Source: Macrostomum lignano (lineage: Eukaryota). Taken from it: a DNA stretch of 64,000 nt. Positions 33,401-43,234 of this stretch are shown piece by piece (within the stretch, counting starts at the first letter, position 1; each line of letters starts with the position of its first letter). The notes beneath the pieces are model-generated. The model was given only the letters and a program-made list of their open reading frames with translations. It was not told where the DNA came from and ran no database searches. Both the position numbers and the translations under genes were made by a program. The DNA is taken from assembly GCA_002269645.1 (NCBI GenBank), contig NIVC01002701.1, positions 62,001 to 126,000 on the forward strand, given 5' to 3'.

Positions 33401-33723
33401 GACCAACACTAGCTATGACCAATACTAGGCTATGACCAATACTTGCTATGACCAATGCTAGCTATGACTAATAATAGCTACGTATGACCAATAATATGCC
33501 CAACCCATCGCGATAAATACCTGTTCCCTTACCTGGTAAACATGAGCACTCCAGCGCCACGCAGGTCATCGCACAGTATGGCCCAAGTCTCTCTAACCAG
33601 GCCAATCTGTGACTCCGTAAGGTAATCGCCGATTTGATCGTCCAGATTCTGCTTAGCGGTCCTTGGCGCCGGGCGAGACGAAGCGCCGTTCGAAGCGGCC
33701 TGAGTAACGCAAGCGCAGCCCAT
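18415..33723 (-). CDS. Globin (neuroglobin/globin X-like, N-terminal MGC acylation motif); exons 33723-33533, 32620-32371, 18615-18415; 213 aa
   Basis: Exon 1 ends ...VRETWAILCDDLRGAGVLMFTR at a phase-2 intron (B12.2). Exon 2 has LFYRL (CD1 Phe), KVERHGIAVM (E7 His) and LGGAHQAF (F8 His) and ends at a phase-0 intron (G7.0). Exon 3 reads RLWPAVSFALRERLADCYTASVDRAWREVFRYIAGKMEAG (G/H helices). All junctions are GT..AG and in phase. Confidence 0.88.
18808..20031 (-). repeat. 3' LTR
   Basis: Direct repeat of 28238-29461; by eye it differs by one substitution (19336 C vs 28766 T) and two G-run length differences. Confidence 0.95.
20032..20043 (-). promoter_or_regulatory. Polypurine tract (PPT)
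   Basis: Minus strand GAACGGGGAGAG directly abuts the TG of the 3' LTR. Confidence 0.8.
20602..23490 (-). CDS. Integrase (HHCC zinc finger, DDE core, GPY/F-like module) with long low-complexity C-terminal extension
   Basis: HSSPLCGHLG..RFWRPG..CRAC; RVHCDEVGP; WIHTDQGTNF; compensating frameshifts at about 22965-23035; joined to RT-RH across a frameshift at about 23493. Confidence 0.9.
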   Translation of the reverse strand, partial: VLPEALEAQVLQELHSSPLCGHLGQTKTLKRLRERFWRPGLARVTENFISRCRACLESKSRRRDKVPVQSFPVCEVLGRVHCDEVGPIAQRSKSGNRYILTLCDATSKYPFAYPMRNQKAKTVIKILQERLIPDFGVPCWIHTDQGTNFTAQLQEVLRPVWHPAYDDNTVQSSFKWSVENLNKQLKSVLTCLLERNHNDWDTFLPACLMALRSSVHPVTGFTPHYLVFGRDFRLPIDNALKKLPEYADLPDYVKDFQRRLDEATELAKERLHLHQQLRDEHYSNLPKAKKLKPGDLVFLNNPVLEPDEAAKFHRPRKALYEVVKPKGEVVYKIRRRLPNPRARRDELVVHRRNLLHVPDADYAMISDPEVEKAKKRRRQPDDPDGAGPATLPPVPEEELEDPDDNEDDDVRPALWWYFRPLAIPEVQPGGGPNTTPANQASALRREPVPYGECHLREPVSNASVPAASFSPVHVPTPPEPFSAVQSRVPSPCTTPVEAPVEPVGFGRLARDRRPPERLLISDTRAQTYASRTARMRTQNFNHFSAEMHQSRPPKRTDRSSSDERATAQRRQLFCPADAGPAIGAAAGQWESAPRPPWVQRVHPRLRLGQTPYSRSPSPPPNRRSPPPDRRRNDETPRSRDASRPRRRRGRGRHRQRRENSQPEVIDLTGEDSVTRIRRLRSSASHQSHDDPRDSSGPEAHRQRHPRRPVDPVTTARPSAAAPSHLPGGPTSFAAFAAAFGADGPTAGSSTPETLEPIASQPREDPPGKTAAAAAKLIVTGANRAPTSVTMGTQTSEAEFSDANEITYSWSDLAEELRLALPQAPPNSPAEPRCIDAATQAEGPSRADAYIQAANPHDADLQPTPSVPISLAHTVAEHLAGCFVAAAQDGEWPSFNEPIWAEMRALDDIERQAAMDHGADIAGAAVRHPEHPAVLRAVARRIARVMAGRVPDLPDRIAQATWP
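23491..26315 (-). CDS. Reverse transcriptase-RNase H plus long spacer
   Basis: SSYNSPMLIVPKKDG, RLVHDFRALN, LDLAQGFWQ, MGLHDSPGSFQ, YMDD; RNase H VLDTDASD..ELLAIV..SDHRAL. Confidence 0.93.
26316..27121 (-). CDS. Aspartic protease region, entered by -1 frameshift from gag
   Basis: PYVTGRLAGREVPFLLDSGSRKNF; LLGINF motif. Confidence 0.88.
26974..28149 (-). CDS. Gag with CCHC zinc knuckle
   Basis: First ATG after the PBS at 28149 (MFNERD); WLAAFEQRCE, QGKNESVEEYADSL, CYGCGQPGHRNAQC. Confidence 0.88.
   Translation of the reverse strand: MFNERDESRSSSRLDQHISSSRPAAADAAAAAATTGDFCQRPAPRRSARSEVSEDPPDELLRGLDDLGQTVRPLDLRTMMAALQQQIERPVSKQIKIVKFTPSQDIHVWLAAFEQRCEMERVVDPFEMKQHLIASLDLSTAYPALLSMHLPRFASYEEVKQRLIERFARHGGADEYRELLRRRQQGKNESVEEYADSLRTLGERAYPRMHPEDCEKELADQFLAGLRTTPDLRERLYWVRPNNLLAAIRELHRLEGARELAQRSAQPPVRMLDGEQDARPISDATAQALLALTEVLEKQQKLLSDLAQRDQQQQTSPPTKAMICYGCGQPGHRNAQCPLRQNQGNGQPESAHGTALRRAQAPATWQTPRGHEKKRMSAAQAPMPSPTVARQ
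28219..28236 (-). promoter_or_regulatory. Primer-binding site complementary to the tRNA-Leu 3' end
   Basis: Minus strand TGGTGGCAGCGGTGGGAT, 1 nt after the LTR CA. The plus strand ATCCCACCGCTGCCACCA matches the 3' end plus CCA of metazoan tRNA-Leu(AAG/TAG) as recalled. Confidence 0.85.
28238..29461 (-). repeat. 5' LTR
   Basis: See 3' LTR; followed on the minus strand by the PBS. Confidence 0.95.
30350..32308. repeat. 18-bp minisatellite (about 105 copies) in globin intron 2
   Basis: GCTGAGCAGGATGAAGAT; variable units on the left, a homogeneous block from about 31480 to 32300. Confidence 0.95.
33233..33492. repeat. 16/17-bp minisatellite in globin intron 1
   Basis: CTATGACCAATACTAG repeated. 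Confidence 0.88.
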
Positions 33724-34099
33724 GTCTTCTTTACCTAGGATAAGTTTGAACGGTCTGTCAGACTGCTGATATTAAAGCAGAATTCGCAATGACTCAGAGA
33801 TTGGTTGCGGGTCTGTCTGCAGTCGCATTGGCTGCTGGGGTGGTAGGGCAACTCATCATTAATATCTTTCCTCTTCCCCTAGGGATTAGGCCATCCTTTT
33901 TAGTTCTCTACTCGAACTTACACGCATTCTCTCCTGCTTAAAGATCGAATCAATACGAAAAGTGCTTTAAGTACTTCTTGTAAAAGGATGGCTAGAAAGT
34001 ATAGATCTCTAGTGAGTGATAAGTTTGGACAATCAAGTTTCTGTTAAAATGGGTCTCCTGTCGTTTCTGCCAACCTTTTTCACTTAATGATGCTCTTAG

Positions 34100-34260
34100 T
34101 GGGCGCCCCTGTCTCTTGGTGGGCGGCCCTGTCTCTTGGAGGGCGGCCTTGTCTCTTGGAGGGCGCCCCTGTCTCTTGGTGTGGCACCCCTGTCTCTCGG
34201 TGGGCGCCCCTGTCTCTCGGTGTGGCACCCCCTGTTTCTTGGGGTGGCGCTCCTGTCTCT
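34100..34260. repeat. About 24-bp tandem repeat
   Basis: GGGCGCCCCTGTCTCTTGGT-like units, about 7 copies. Confidence 0.75.
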
Positions 34261-34428
34261 TACAAGGATAACTCAAGTAGAAAGCCGGGAAACTACGCTT
34301 CCTGAAACACTTTAGGAGGCAGGTCCTATCAAAAAGATGATCATTGGGTCTGCCTTCTATCAAAAGCAATTAACAAATATGCTGGAAAAAATGAAAACAT
34401 CCATTCTCCGTAGTGTATTTTTTTCAGT

Positions 34429-36796
34429 CAGGGACAACTAAAACCCTCGGGACGCGAAACGAGCCAATTCATGGCAAAGAATCTGAGGGGCTCGCTTAAA
34501 AGTATTGTACCATGACCTTTGTGCCCGCTGGGCACTTATTCTTGCCTTTTAATGCCATTAAACGGCGCCCTCTGATTTTCCCATTAACGCCCTTAAAGCA
34601 TGGGTATTACTATTATTGTGCCATAGACATTTTTGTCCTTGACAAAGTGGAACAAAATTAGCGGGCAGTTAGTGACATTAACTGCCCGCTAATTTGCATT
34701 AAAGTAAGTTTGAAATAGACAATCGGGCGTTAAATGTCATTAACTGCCCGCTAATTTGAATTAAAGTACGTTAAAATTGCTTTAGCTGCGGCCAGCAGTG
34801 AAGCTAAGCTGAACTACATCAAGAGAAGCATTTTTTATTCACTTGATGAAATGCCAAGAAAGTGCAGCGTATGTCCGTGCTCGTCAAATTACAACTCTGA
34901 AGCCGTTCGAACACGGATATTTGCGTTTCCCAGAGATCCACAGGAGCGAGAGCGATGGAGAAAGGCGCTGCCAAATATTCTCCAGGTAAGAAACCAGATC
35001 ATTTGCTGTCATTTCTGCTGCATAATTCCGCTTCAATTCTGCATGCCAGTCTCGTCCAAACAACTTGAAACCCAAAATTTATTATTTTAGAGAGTGACTG
35101 ACAATATGGGCGTGTGCGTAAAGCATTGGCCAAGCGATGCTCCAATGGTCAAGAAAAACTCTACCGAAAGGCCAATTAATCCTCCTTCTGTTTTTAATGG
35201 AGTTCCTAGCTCGTGTTTTGTTCAGAACCAAGGTACGTAACTTAAAGATTGCTCAACACTTAGCGTCTATATCGATTTTGCCGCTCACAATTATCTTACT
35301 TTTATTTTTACTCTTATTTTAGACCAGGACCGACAGGCCGAAAAGCGCGGTGTTCTTTCTGACGCGAGGTGCGGCGACATCGATGAGATGTACGCTTTTC
35401 AGCTGCTTGATTTTTTGCCAGCATGGGAAAGTTTTCGAGCTGAGGTGAAAAATTCGGATGTCGTATCTCGACATGCACTGAACACAGCTATTCTGAACGA
35501 AGACGTTTACTTGTTTACGTTAGATAAAGATGGAGACTTGTCTATTCGAATTTTTGTCTCACCCAACTTTCTGATTCGTGCATTCAAACTGCATACACCG
35601 ATTTCGGTTCGAGACTTGTTGGGATTTCAACCGACACTTAAGCGCTGGTCGCAACTGGATGCTGTTGTCGTGCGGTGCAAACATTCCGACGCCAATCCCC
35701 AACGTGAAGTCGAAGCGTTTGTTAGTAGAATCAGTGATGATATAGATTCTGACTCTGATTTGGATCCGTCGCTTCAGTTTTTGATTCGACAACTTAGCCT
35801 TACATTAGTAAATCGGAACAATCGCCGCTATGACATTTCACTAGTGCGACAGTCAGCATTGCTCTACTTGATCAGTAGTTCGGCTTACTCTTACCTACGG
35901 AAGCTATTGCCATTGCCTCATCCCCGAACGCTGCAGCTGCAACTAGCAGGTACAGGAGAAGTTGGCACAGAAACCGACGCAGCCGATGTGATCCAGTCAG
36001 TTTTTGCTAGTCTATCAGGAGCTCAGCGAAACTGCGTAATTATGTTTGACGAAATGTACATACAACCGTCCGTTCGATATCGATGCCGTCACCTTCTGGG
36101 TCGAGCCGTCGACGATCCGGACGAGGTTGCTAGGACAATTTTGGCCATAATGGTAAAGCCATTACTTGGTAGAAAACCGTTTGTAGTCCGACTATTGCCG
36201 ACAACATTTTGTCTGCGGAGTTTCTGCGAAAATGCGTCAGCCAATGTATTAAAGCAATTAACAACAACGGTGGCCGTGTCGTTGCTCTCGTCAGCGACAA
36301 TCACCCTACCAACCGCAAGTGTTTTGCTTTATTTAGCAATGGAAGAGAGAAGCCATGGATTGGAACGGATGCTGCACAGGAGTCGGAATTCTTCATTCCT
36401 TTATGTACGAGCTACTGACTGTTTGTGTCGTCTTGCCCTTGGAGTTCCGTATTTGCTTCTATTTTCTTGCCGTTGGAGTTTCATCTTCGCTTTCATCCTT
36501 TATCTTCTTGCCGTTGGAGTTATATCTTTGCTTTCATCTTTTATCTTCTTGCCGTTGGAGTTTTTTTGTTGCTATGGCGGTTACTTTATTGTAAATACAT
36601 TGTAGTTATATCACTGGTTCCTATTCTTTAAATTAGATACTCGACATTGCCTCGCTTTACTATTTAATCTAACCGTTAATGCCTGATAGCAGAGAAGACT
36701 TCAAAAAAGCCATAGAACAATACTTTTAGGCGAGCCTCTCAGATTTTTTGCCAGGAATTGGCTCGTTTCGCGTCCCGAGGGTTTTAGTTGTCCCTG
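34429..36796 (+). mobile_element. P-element-like (THAP) DNA transposon, internally deleted/defective
   Basis: About 80-bp TIRs (34429-34508 and 36717-36796, 4 mismatches) starting CAGGG; 8-bp TSD TTTTCAGT at 34421-34428 and 36797-36804; encloses THAP and transposase remnants. Confidence 0.88.
34851..36420 (+). pseudogene. THAP-domain P-type transposase, intron-containing, frameshifted and truncated
   Basis: MPRKCSVCPCSSNY..FAFPRDPQERERWRKAL, then after an intron VCVKHW..PSVF (THAP). Later AYSYLRKLLPLPHPRTL, CVIMFDEMYI and (frameshifted) VVALVSDNHPTN, the P-transposase core. No C-terminal catalytic part is visible. Confidence 0.82.
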
Positions 36797-37394
36797 TTTT
36801 CAGTAAAATCTGCCTCCAAAAATTTCCCAAGAAACGTATTTTCCTGTTCTTTTATTTGAGTAGTCCTTGGTCTCTTATTGGGCGTCCTAAATTCTCTTGG
36901 TGGGGGGGCCTCGACCCCTCAGAGTGCGCCCCAGAGTTAGGACTCAATGTTACGCTTCTTTTGGACATCTGTTATGTACTTTTACGCGGATAATTGGCGC
37001 ATTTAGCTACTGGATTAGTGCAATTATGCAGATAGAGAAGTGCAAGGCAGGCCATTATCATCTTGTTGACAGAAATTTTTGTTTTTAAAATCTCAATTGT
37101 ACGAGTATGGAGCATCTCTGGTACAGACAGCTGTCGCTTCAATCAGGACCCCGGACTTTGATTCTTTGATGTGTGCCGCCTCTTCCGTACGACTGCAGAG
37201 CAACACACCGGCATCCAGTTTCTTTCAGGCTTTCAACAATTTTTTTGAATCCTAAATTTATAAATAGAGGCTTTTTAAATCTTTGAGTACGTCACGCACT
37301 CGACAGAGCCTTGGTGATCGAGACTGAAGTGGAAGGACGCCTTGCTCTTGTAAATTCGTGCTAACTTTCGATAGATGCTGCGGTGTCCGCGGTA

Positions 37395-38057
37395 GTGACG
37401 CTCTGTCTATACGGTTTATATGGACACGAACAGGTGCAGTGACGCTCTGTCTGTAGGATTTACATGGACACGAACAGGTGCAGTGACGCTCTGTCTATAC
37501 GGTTTATATGGACACGAACAGGTGCAGTGACGCTCTGTCTGTAGGATTTACATGGACACGAACAGGTGCAGTGACGCTCTGTCTATACGGTTTATATGGA
37601 CACGAACAGGTGCAGTGACGCTCTGTCTGTAGGATTTACATGGACACGAACAGGTGTAGTGACGCTCTGTCTATACGGTTTATATGGACACGAACAGGTG
37701 CAGTGACGCTCTGTCTGTAGGATTTACATGGACACGAACAGGTGCAGTGACGCTCTTTCTATACGGTTTATATGGACACGAACAGGTGCAGTGACGCTCT
37801 GTCTATACGGTTTATATGGACACGAACAGGTGTAGTGACGCTCTTTCTAAAGGGTTTATATGGACACGAACAGGTGTAGTGACGCTCTGTCTGTAGGATT
37901 TACATGGACACGAACAGGTGCAGTGACGCTCTGTCTGTAGGATTTACATGGACACGAGCAGGTGTAGTGACGCTCTGTCTGTAGGATTTATATGGACACG
38001 AACAGGTGTAGTGAGCTCTGTCTGTAGGATTTATATGGACACGAACAGGTGTAGTGT
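37395..38057. repeat. 44-bp minisatellite with alternating A/B variants
   Basis: GTGACGCTCTGTCT(ATACGG/GTAGGA)TTTA(T/C)ATGGACACGAACAGGTG(C/T)A; period 44. Confidence 0.92.
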
Positions 38058-38548
38058 CTGTAGCTTGTATTTATACGAAATCGGTTAAACTATAAATAAT
38101 GAAACACATCTACTCCTTTTGAAGGCTCACAGAGAAGAGACCTTTTAGTGCAAAGGCTGTTCTGATAGAGACATAGAGCAGTGTGTACCCTGCCGCACTT
38201 TAAGGGACATTGTCACACAATCGGTGAGGCATTGTAGTGTCCATTTCGCCGAGTCGAGATTCCAATTTACGAGTAGCCCCAAAATTAAAGAGACTGCACT
38301 TAAAATCAGCACATACGGAGAGCGCCGCGCTACACCACTAGGCTACTGCCCAATTCAACCATAGACAAGTTCGCAGTTATAATTTTCCTGATTGTTTATT
38401 TGAAAGACCAACGCTACCCCGGCATGCTGAATGAAGCATCAAGCTCAGAATCAGTCACTAACTGAATGCAAACAGCGGTTGCACCAAATCTGACAGGCTG
38501 AACTCCCAGGCTAGTGAGTGCCTGGCAGTCCTGCAAGTCCGGCAGCGG

Positions 38549-41500
38549 ATGAGTCAGCAGTCGGACTCTCGGTCCCGGCCGGTCTGGTCGCGTCAACGGC
38601 TTCCACGTCGGTTGGGCGACAGTCTCACCCGCGTTCGCCGCCAGTTTGCCAGCCTGCGTCGCCGATTCAGCTCGAACTGTTCCAGTAGTCGAACTGGCGC
38701 GGGCGATCGGGGTCTTCATTGGTCGCGTCGGTCGGAATCGCCAGCCTCTTTTTCAATCAGCGGCGTCACCGAATCAACTTCCAGATTGGATCGAAGCTTC
38801 AACAGTTGCCAAGGTAACAATAACGATAGAAGCGTTGAACTTGAACTTAACTGCAGCGGGCGAGTCTACGCGCCGAAAACTTGCCTAAAAAATCGATCAA
38901 ACAATGTTTCTACCGTTGGAGCGACACGACAGTCGGCGGTCCCGGTGACCATCGCCAAGGTGATGATGCCGACGCTCAGCCGAGACAGCGTCAGCGGCGA
39001 TGCCGACAGCGGCCGCAACTGCCCGGCCTACGTGCCGGCCAACGCGCTGAAAAATGTGACGCCACTTCGTCGAGTGTGGATGCCGCCTGCGCCTACAAGG
39101 CCCAGCGTCTCCAACCCACTGTATCGACGTCAGTCTCGCCAAATGAGCGTCGCCACAACGGGAAATTTCGCCTTCAATGGTGGCACAACCTCAGAGATCA
39201 TCGAGGTGGCGGTCTACGCGGCCACGTCCTCTTCCTCAAGCAGCGAGGAGATGATCACCACAGGGGGCGTCTGCCTGCACGAATTGAGTGACATCGTGTC
39301 GGAGGAGCAGATCCACGTAGGCTTGGAGATGCTGGACGGCGACAGCAACTCGGAGGCTTCGCTACCGCAGGAGCCGGAGCCGGAGCCGCCGTTGCCACCG
39401 CCACCTCCGCCACCCACGCCGCCACCGCCGCAGCAGCCGCCACCACCGCCACCACCGCCGAAACAGGAGCAGCCGGTTGGTACAACCGACGCAGCGGGTG
39501 ACGGAGGCGGCGGCGGTGGCGGAGGCTGCTGCGGCTGCGGCAAGTCCAGCAAAGTCAAGCGAGTATCGGAGAAGACCGAGCCAGACAAACCCGAGGCTGA
39601 AGAAGTCACTGAAGTGTCAGCAGTTTCCGACAGTCAGCTTGCCGATGACGAGGAACAGTTGATTGTGTCCCAGCGGTCACTGCCGCCAGTTGTCGAAGAA
39701 GAGTCGACAGCCTCTGCTGTAAGCATCGCCACGCCGACAGTGGACACCGCAGCTGGAGGCAGCGACGGCAGCAGCATCCAGCTGATTGCCGAAACGCCTC
39801 GGCCAACATCGTCCGACTCGGCGCAGAACTTCAGCGGCTCCACAGAAGGTAGCGACGAGGAACTCGAAGTCGGCATTGACAACGCAATGGCAGCTCTTAC
39901 TCCGATCAGAAAGGTCAGCCAAGTTGAGACACTCCCGTACCAATCTACTAAGCCGTCTATGACGTCCAACCCGCATTCGCCTCCCAGCGGGCCGCGGCAT
40001 TTTGCAAACAAATTCGCTGCGATCAGTTTGGCCCAGCAGCAGCGGCAGCAACTGCTGTTGGACTCTTCCAGCACCAATTCGGAGGAGAGCTGCCAGCCGT
40101 TGGTGATTGCCGGGGTCAGGTTTAACAGTGTCAGCAACACTGTCAGCAACGATAGCAACAGCATGAGCAAAAGCAGCAGCACCAACAGTAGCACTTGGCT
40201 CACACAAGAGCTGGAAGTCTCCATAGCGGGTCTTCTGGAGACTCCAAAACAGTCGCCGCAGTATCTGAACTCGCTTACCTTCGAATCGACAGGCAGCAGC
40301 AGCGACGAAAGTACACGGCTTACATTAATCTCAGAAGTGCCCAGGCAGGATTCGATATCATCCAGTTCGGAAGCCTTCTCCTGGTCGGTTGAAGAGGTGC
40401 ATGTTGGCAGCGGCAACAACTGCTTAGCGGCTCTTGGACCCGTCCGCAAGCAGGAGTGGGAGGTGCTGGCTCCGGTGCAGACTCGGCAGCAGAATGTTCG
40501 CTATAGGACGTCGAGTCTAGCCAAGCAGGACGGCACGCCGGCAGGCGGACGGCACTGCAGCTACAGCACCAACACGATGCCCTCGGATGGCACCGCGGAG
40601 CGTTCGATTGACAGCTCCAGTCAGCTGCTGTCGCTGTTAAATCGGCACCGACAGCGACGTCCCCGACTGCAGCAGCAGTGCTGGTCGAGTTCAACGAGCA
40701 GTCGGCGCAGCAGACGCAGACAATCAGACGGCTTGGAGCGACAGCAGGCGGCGCAGCTGGCGGACAGCCGATGCCTGACCATTCGAGCGCCAGTCGGTGC
40801 CATCACGGACGCTGCGCTGAGAAAGCTGGACCTCACAACCGCAATGCGCAGCTGCTCGCTGTGCCCTGTGGACAACCTGCCGCCTCTAGTTAACAACGCG
40901 GCTGCCACGGCGTCCGCCTTGCCAACGCTTGAACGCGAAGCCGTTAGCAGCTCGCGACTTGAATCGTCAATTGTGTTCCAGCTGGCCAGTAGAATCCTGG
41001 ACGATCGTAGCAGCTTCAGCAGCGGCGGCGGCCAACGACGCAGCGAGGACAACGACCCGGACAACCCTCTAGGCAGGCCAATGTTGGTTGTCAGCGACGA
41101 CAGGAGCTCGTGGCGAGCCCGAGAGCAGACACTCTGCTTAATCCAATCGCCGCCGCTGATCATGCAGGCTCGCAGTGTTCAGTGCTCCATGGGCGATCGG
41201 CTGCAGCGGTTGCAACGCTCGCAGAGGCTGCGAATTCATCAGTACCTGCTGCCTCAGTCAGGCCCGCCGCTACAGCAGTCGGCGATCTGCTATGGCGTTG
41301 AGAAACAACTGTCCGAGCTCGCTACAGTTTCCTACGAAGGCGACGGCTGCAGTCGCTCTCCGGCTATCGCCTTCGCGGCCGGCAGTCGAATCATGGTGGA
41401 ATTTGTGTCCCTCCTGGCTATCGACTGGCTAAAGCTTAGCCGAGCCGCGCTGTTCTTGGCGCCTATCAGTCTGCACCGAGACGACACGGGCAGGATGGGC

Positions 41501-42400
41501 GCCGCGTCTGCGAAATTGGCAGCAAGAGAAACCGCAGTTTTCAGCGGCAGTGTCGGAAGCGGCAGCGGAAACGCCTTGCGTCACGGCCCGTTGGAGCCGC
41601 AACTTCTACTGGCCTGCGACTTCATCGCTGGCACCCTGGAGCCGGCGATGAGCACCAAGTTTGCTCTGGCGGCAGCCGCGGCGCCGCATCCGCAGGTTGG
41701 CCAGCGGAACAACTGGAACGCGTCAAATAACTCAGCTGACCGGAGTCTCGACCGCTGCCGTCGGCTTCTCGCCCGGCTGCTTCACCGTTCGATCTCGTCG
41801 TGCTCGGCCTCTTCTTCCTCGTCCGCCTCGTCTGCGCCGAACACGATGACGTCATCTTCGCTCAGACGGGTGGTCAATTTGACTGGTCGTCGAGTAGCGG
41901 AAATGTCGGCGCAGCCATGCAGCCGGAGCTACTGCCAGGCCGCGCTGCACACTTCGTTGCTGATTTTCGATTCGGACTCGAGTGGCGGCGGCAGAGCAGA
42001 CAGCCGCAGCGTCTGCCACAACAACAACAACAACGCTGACAGCGATGAGCCAATCTACATGAGCCACCCCGATCGTCGGACCACCTACTTTGCTCGACGT
42101 TGCGTCGCCAAAATCGAGGAGAGCGCGGCGATCGTCATCCAGGAGACGCCTAGCCGGCCGGCCGAAGCAATGGCGGTCACCACCGTCCGATCGCAGCGTC
42201 GGGCGGTCGAACGGCTGGCTAGGACTCGGCCGGAGCTGCTATGGCCTCCGCCAATCGCCGGCTGTCAGCGAATGCTCAGCCTGTTGGATGAAACGGTGGC
42301 GAGCTTCATCTGGTGGAGCCTGCTGCCGCTTCGTCGGGACCGCGGAGGCGTAGAAACGCTGGCCACTAAGCGAATCCGCGACGCTAGTCGCAAGCGATGA
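38549..42400 (+). CDS. Hypothetical 1283-aa Ser/Pro-rich low-complexity protein, single ORF
   Basis: 3.85-kb uninterrupted non-tandem-repeat ORF that is GC-rich with AT-rich flanks; no recognisable domain. Confidence 0.7.
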   Translation: MSQQSDSRSRPVWSRQRLPRRLGDSLTRVRRQFASLRRRFSSNCSSSRTGAGDRGLHWSRRSESPASFSISGVTESTSRLDRSFNSCQGNNNDRSVELELNCSGRVYAPKTCLKNRSNNVSTVGATRQSAVPVTIAKVMMPTLSRDSVSGDADSGRNCPAYVPANALKNVTPLRRVWMPPAPTRPSVSNPLYRRQSRQMSVATTGNFAFNGGTTSEIIEVAVYAATSSSSSSEEMITTGGVCLHELSDIVSEEQIHVGLEMLDGDSNSEASLPQEPEPEPPLPPPPPPPTPPPPQQPPPPPPPPKQEQPVGTTDAAGDGGGGGGGGCCGCGKSSKVKRVSEKTEPDKPEAEEVTEVSAVSDSQLADDEEQLIVSQRSLPPVVEEESTASAVSIATPTVDTAAGGSDGSSIQLIAETPRPTSSDSAQNFSGSTEGSDEELEVGIDNAMAALTPIRKVSQVETLPYQSTKPSMTSNPHSPPSGPRHFANKFAAISLAQQQRQQLLLDSSSTNSEESCQPLVIAGVRFNSVSNTVSNDSNSMSKSSSTNSSTWLTQELEVSIAGLLETPKQSPQYLNSLTFESTGSSSDESTRLTLISEVPRQDSISSSSEAFSWSVEEVHVGSGNNCLAALGPVRKQEWEVLAPVQTRQQNVRYRTSSLAKQDGTPAGGRHCSYSTNTMPSDGTAERSIDSSSQLLSLLNRHRQRRPRLQQQCWSSSTSSRRSRRRQSDGLERQQAAQLADSRCLTIRAPVGAITDAALRKLDLTTAMRSCSLCPVDNLPPLVNNAAATASALPTLEREAVSSSRLESSIVFQLASRILDDRSSFSSGGGQRRSEDNDPDNPLGRPMLVVSDDRSSWRAREQTLCLIQSPPLIMQARSVQCSMGDRLQRLQRSQRLRIHQYLLPQSGPPLQQSAICYGVEKQLSELATVSYEGDGCSRSPAIAFAAGSRIMVEFVSLLAIDWLKLSRAALFLAPISLHRDDTGRMGAASAKLAARETAVFSGSVGSGSGNALRHGPLEPQLLLACDFIAGTLEPAMSTKFALAAAAAPHPQVGQRNNWNASNNSADRSLDRCRRLLARLLHRSISSCSASSSSSASSAPNTMTSSSLRRVVNLTGRRVAEMSAQPCSRSYCQAALHTSLLIFDSDSSGGGRADSRSVCHNNNNNADSDEPIYMSHPDRRTTYFARRCVAKIEESAAIVIQETPSRPAEAMAVTTVRSQRRAVERLARTRPELLWPPPIAGCQRMLSLLDETVASFIWWSLLPLRRDRGGVETLATKRIRDASRKR

Positions 42401-43234
42401 CGTCATCGCTAGTATATTATTTTGTTTAAATTTCCACTATATATATTACTGCGCTTTCATTCTAATAATTTGTAAGCCAAGACAGACTTGGCAACTAATC
42501 TGTATGGAGCAGATTTACGTTGATCAAATGGAAAAATATATATTTATTAAAGTCTGAGTGTATCTTATTTATGGCCTTCTCCTGAAAGTATAGAGTTTAC
42601 TGGTTTGAAAAATCTTGTTGAATGTCTGGAAGGTTAATTGGCATGAGCTCATTGGGACATGCGAGTAGTACGTCGCTAAGACATTTAGCTATGTCGCTAT
42701 TGGTATTAAAAATATGAAAATACTTTCTGAGGCTGAATTTTCCTAATTAATTGCACAATAGATTTTAGTAAAGATTTTAGTAATTTTATAACACGAGCCA
42801 TATAGTTAATTTGTGAATTATTTAAAATTTCGGACACATTTTTTAAAGCCAAAAAAATCATTGATAAATGACACAGCCTGACAAATGTAAAATGAGTTTC
42901 TTGTTTCTTAGACTCTTAGAAATTTAGTTTTGCACAATCAATCAAGCCATCAAGGGGTCACTTGATATAAAAAAATGAAGATTTGATCTGCTATTTTTGT
43001 GCTAAAAATAGAATGGTCCCATCTCCTATCTAAGCAGCGTATTTTAGCGTAACTCGTGAATCCAGCCCAAAATATACTCAGCAACAGTCAAAAGCTCCAC
43101 CCCACTAAGCGAGATGATTTTTTCACTTATTGCGAGTGACGCAACCTACGGCACGCGCAAAGCTTATTGCCGCTTGGGGGTGGCTTGGGTCTGCTTAATG
43201 GTCCAGGCCTGGACATTATGCAGACCCAAGCCCA

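Noticed and set aside
37100-37410. Short coding-looking segments on the minus strand (RHYRGHRSIYRKLARIYK..., LDAGVLLCSRTEEAAH...)
   Set aside because: Each ends in a stop, cannot be joined into a model, and matches no family I recognise
37395-38057. CRISPR-like appearance of this and other arrays with alternating variants
   Set aside because: Eukaryotic context, no cas genes, and the variable parts are recurring two-state variants rather than unique spacers
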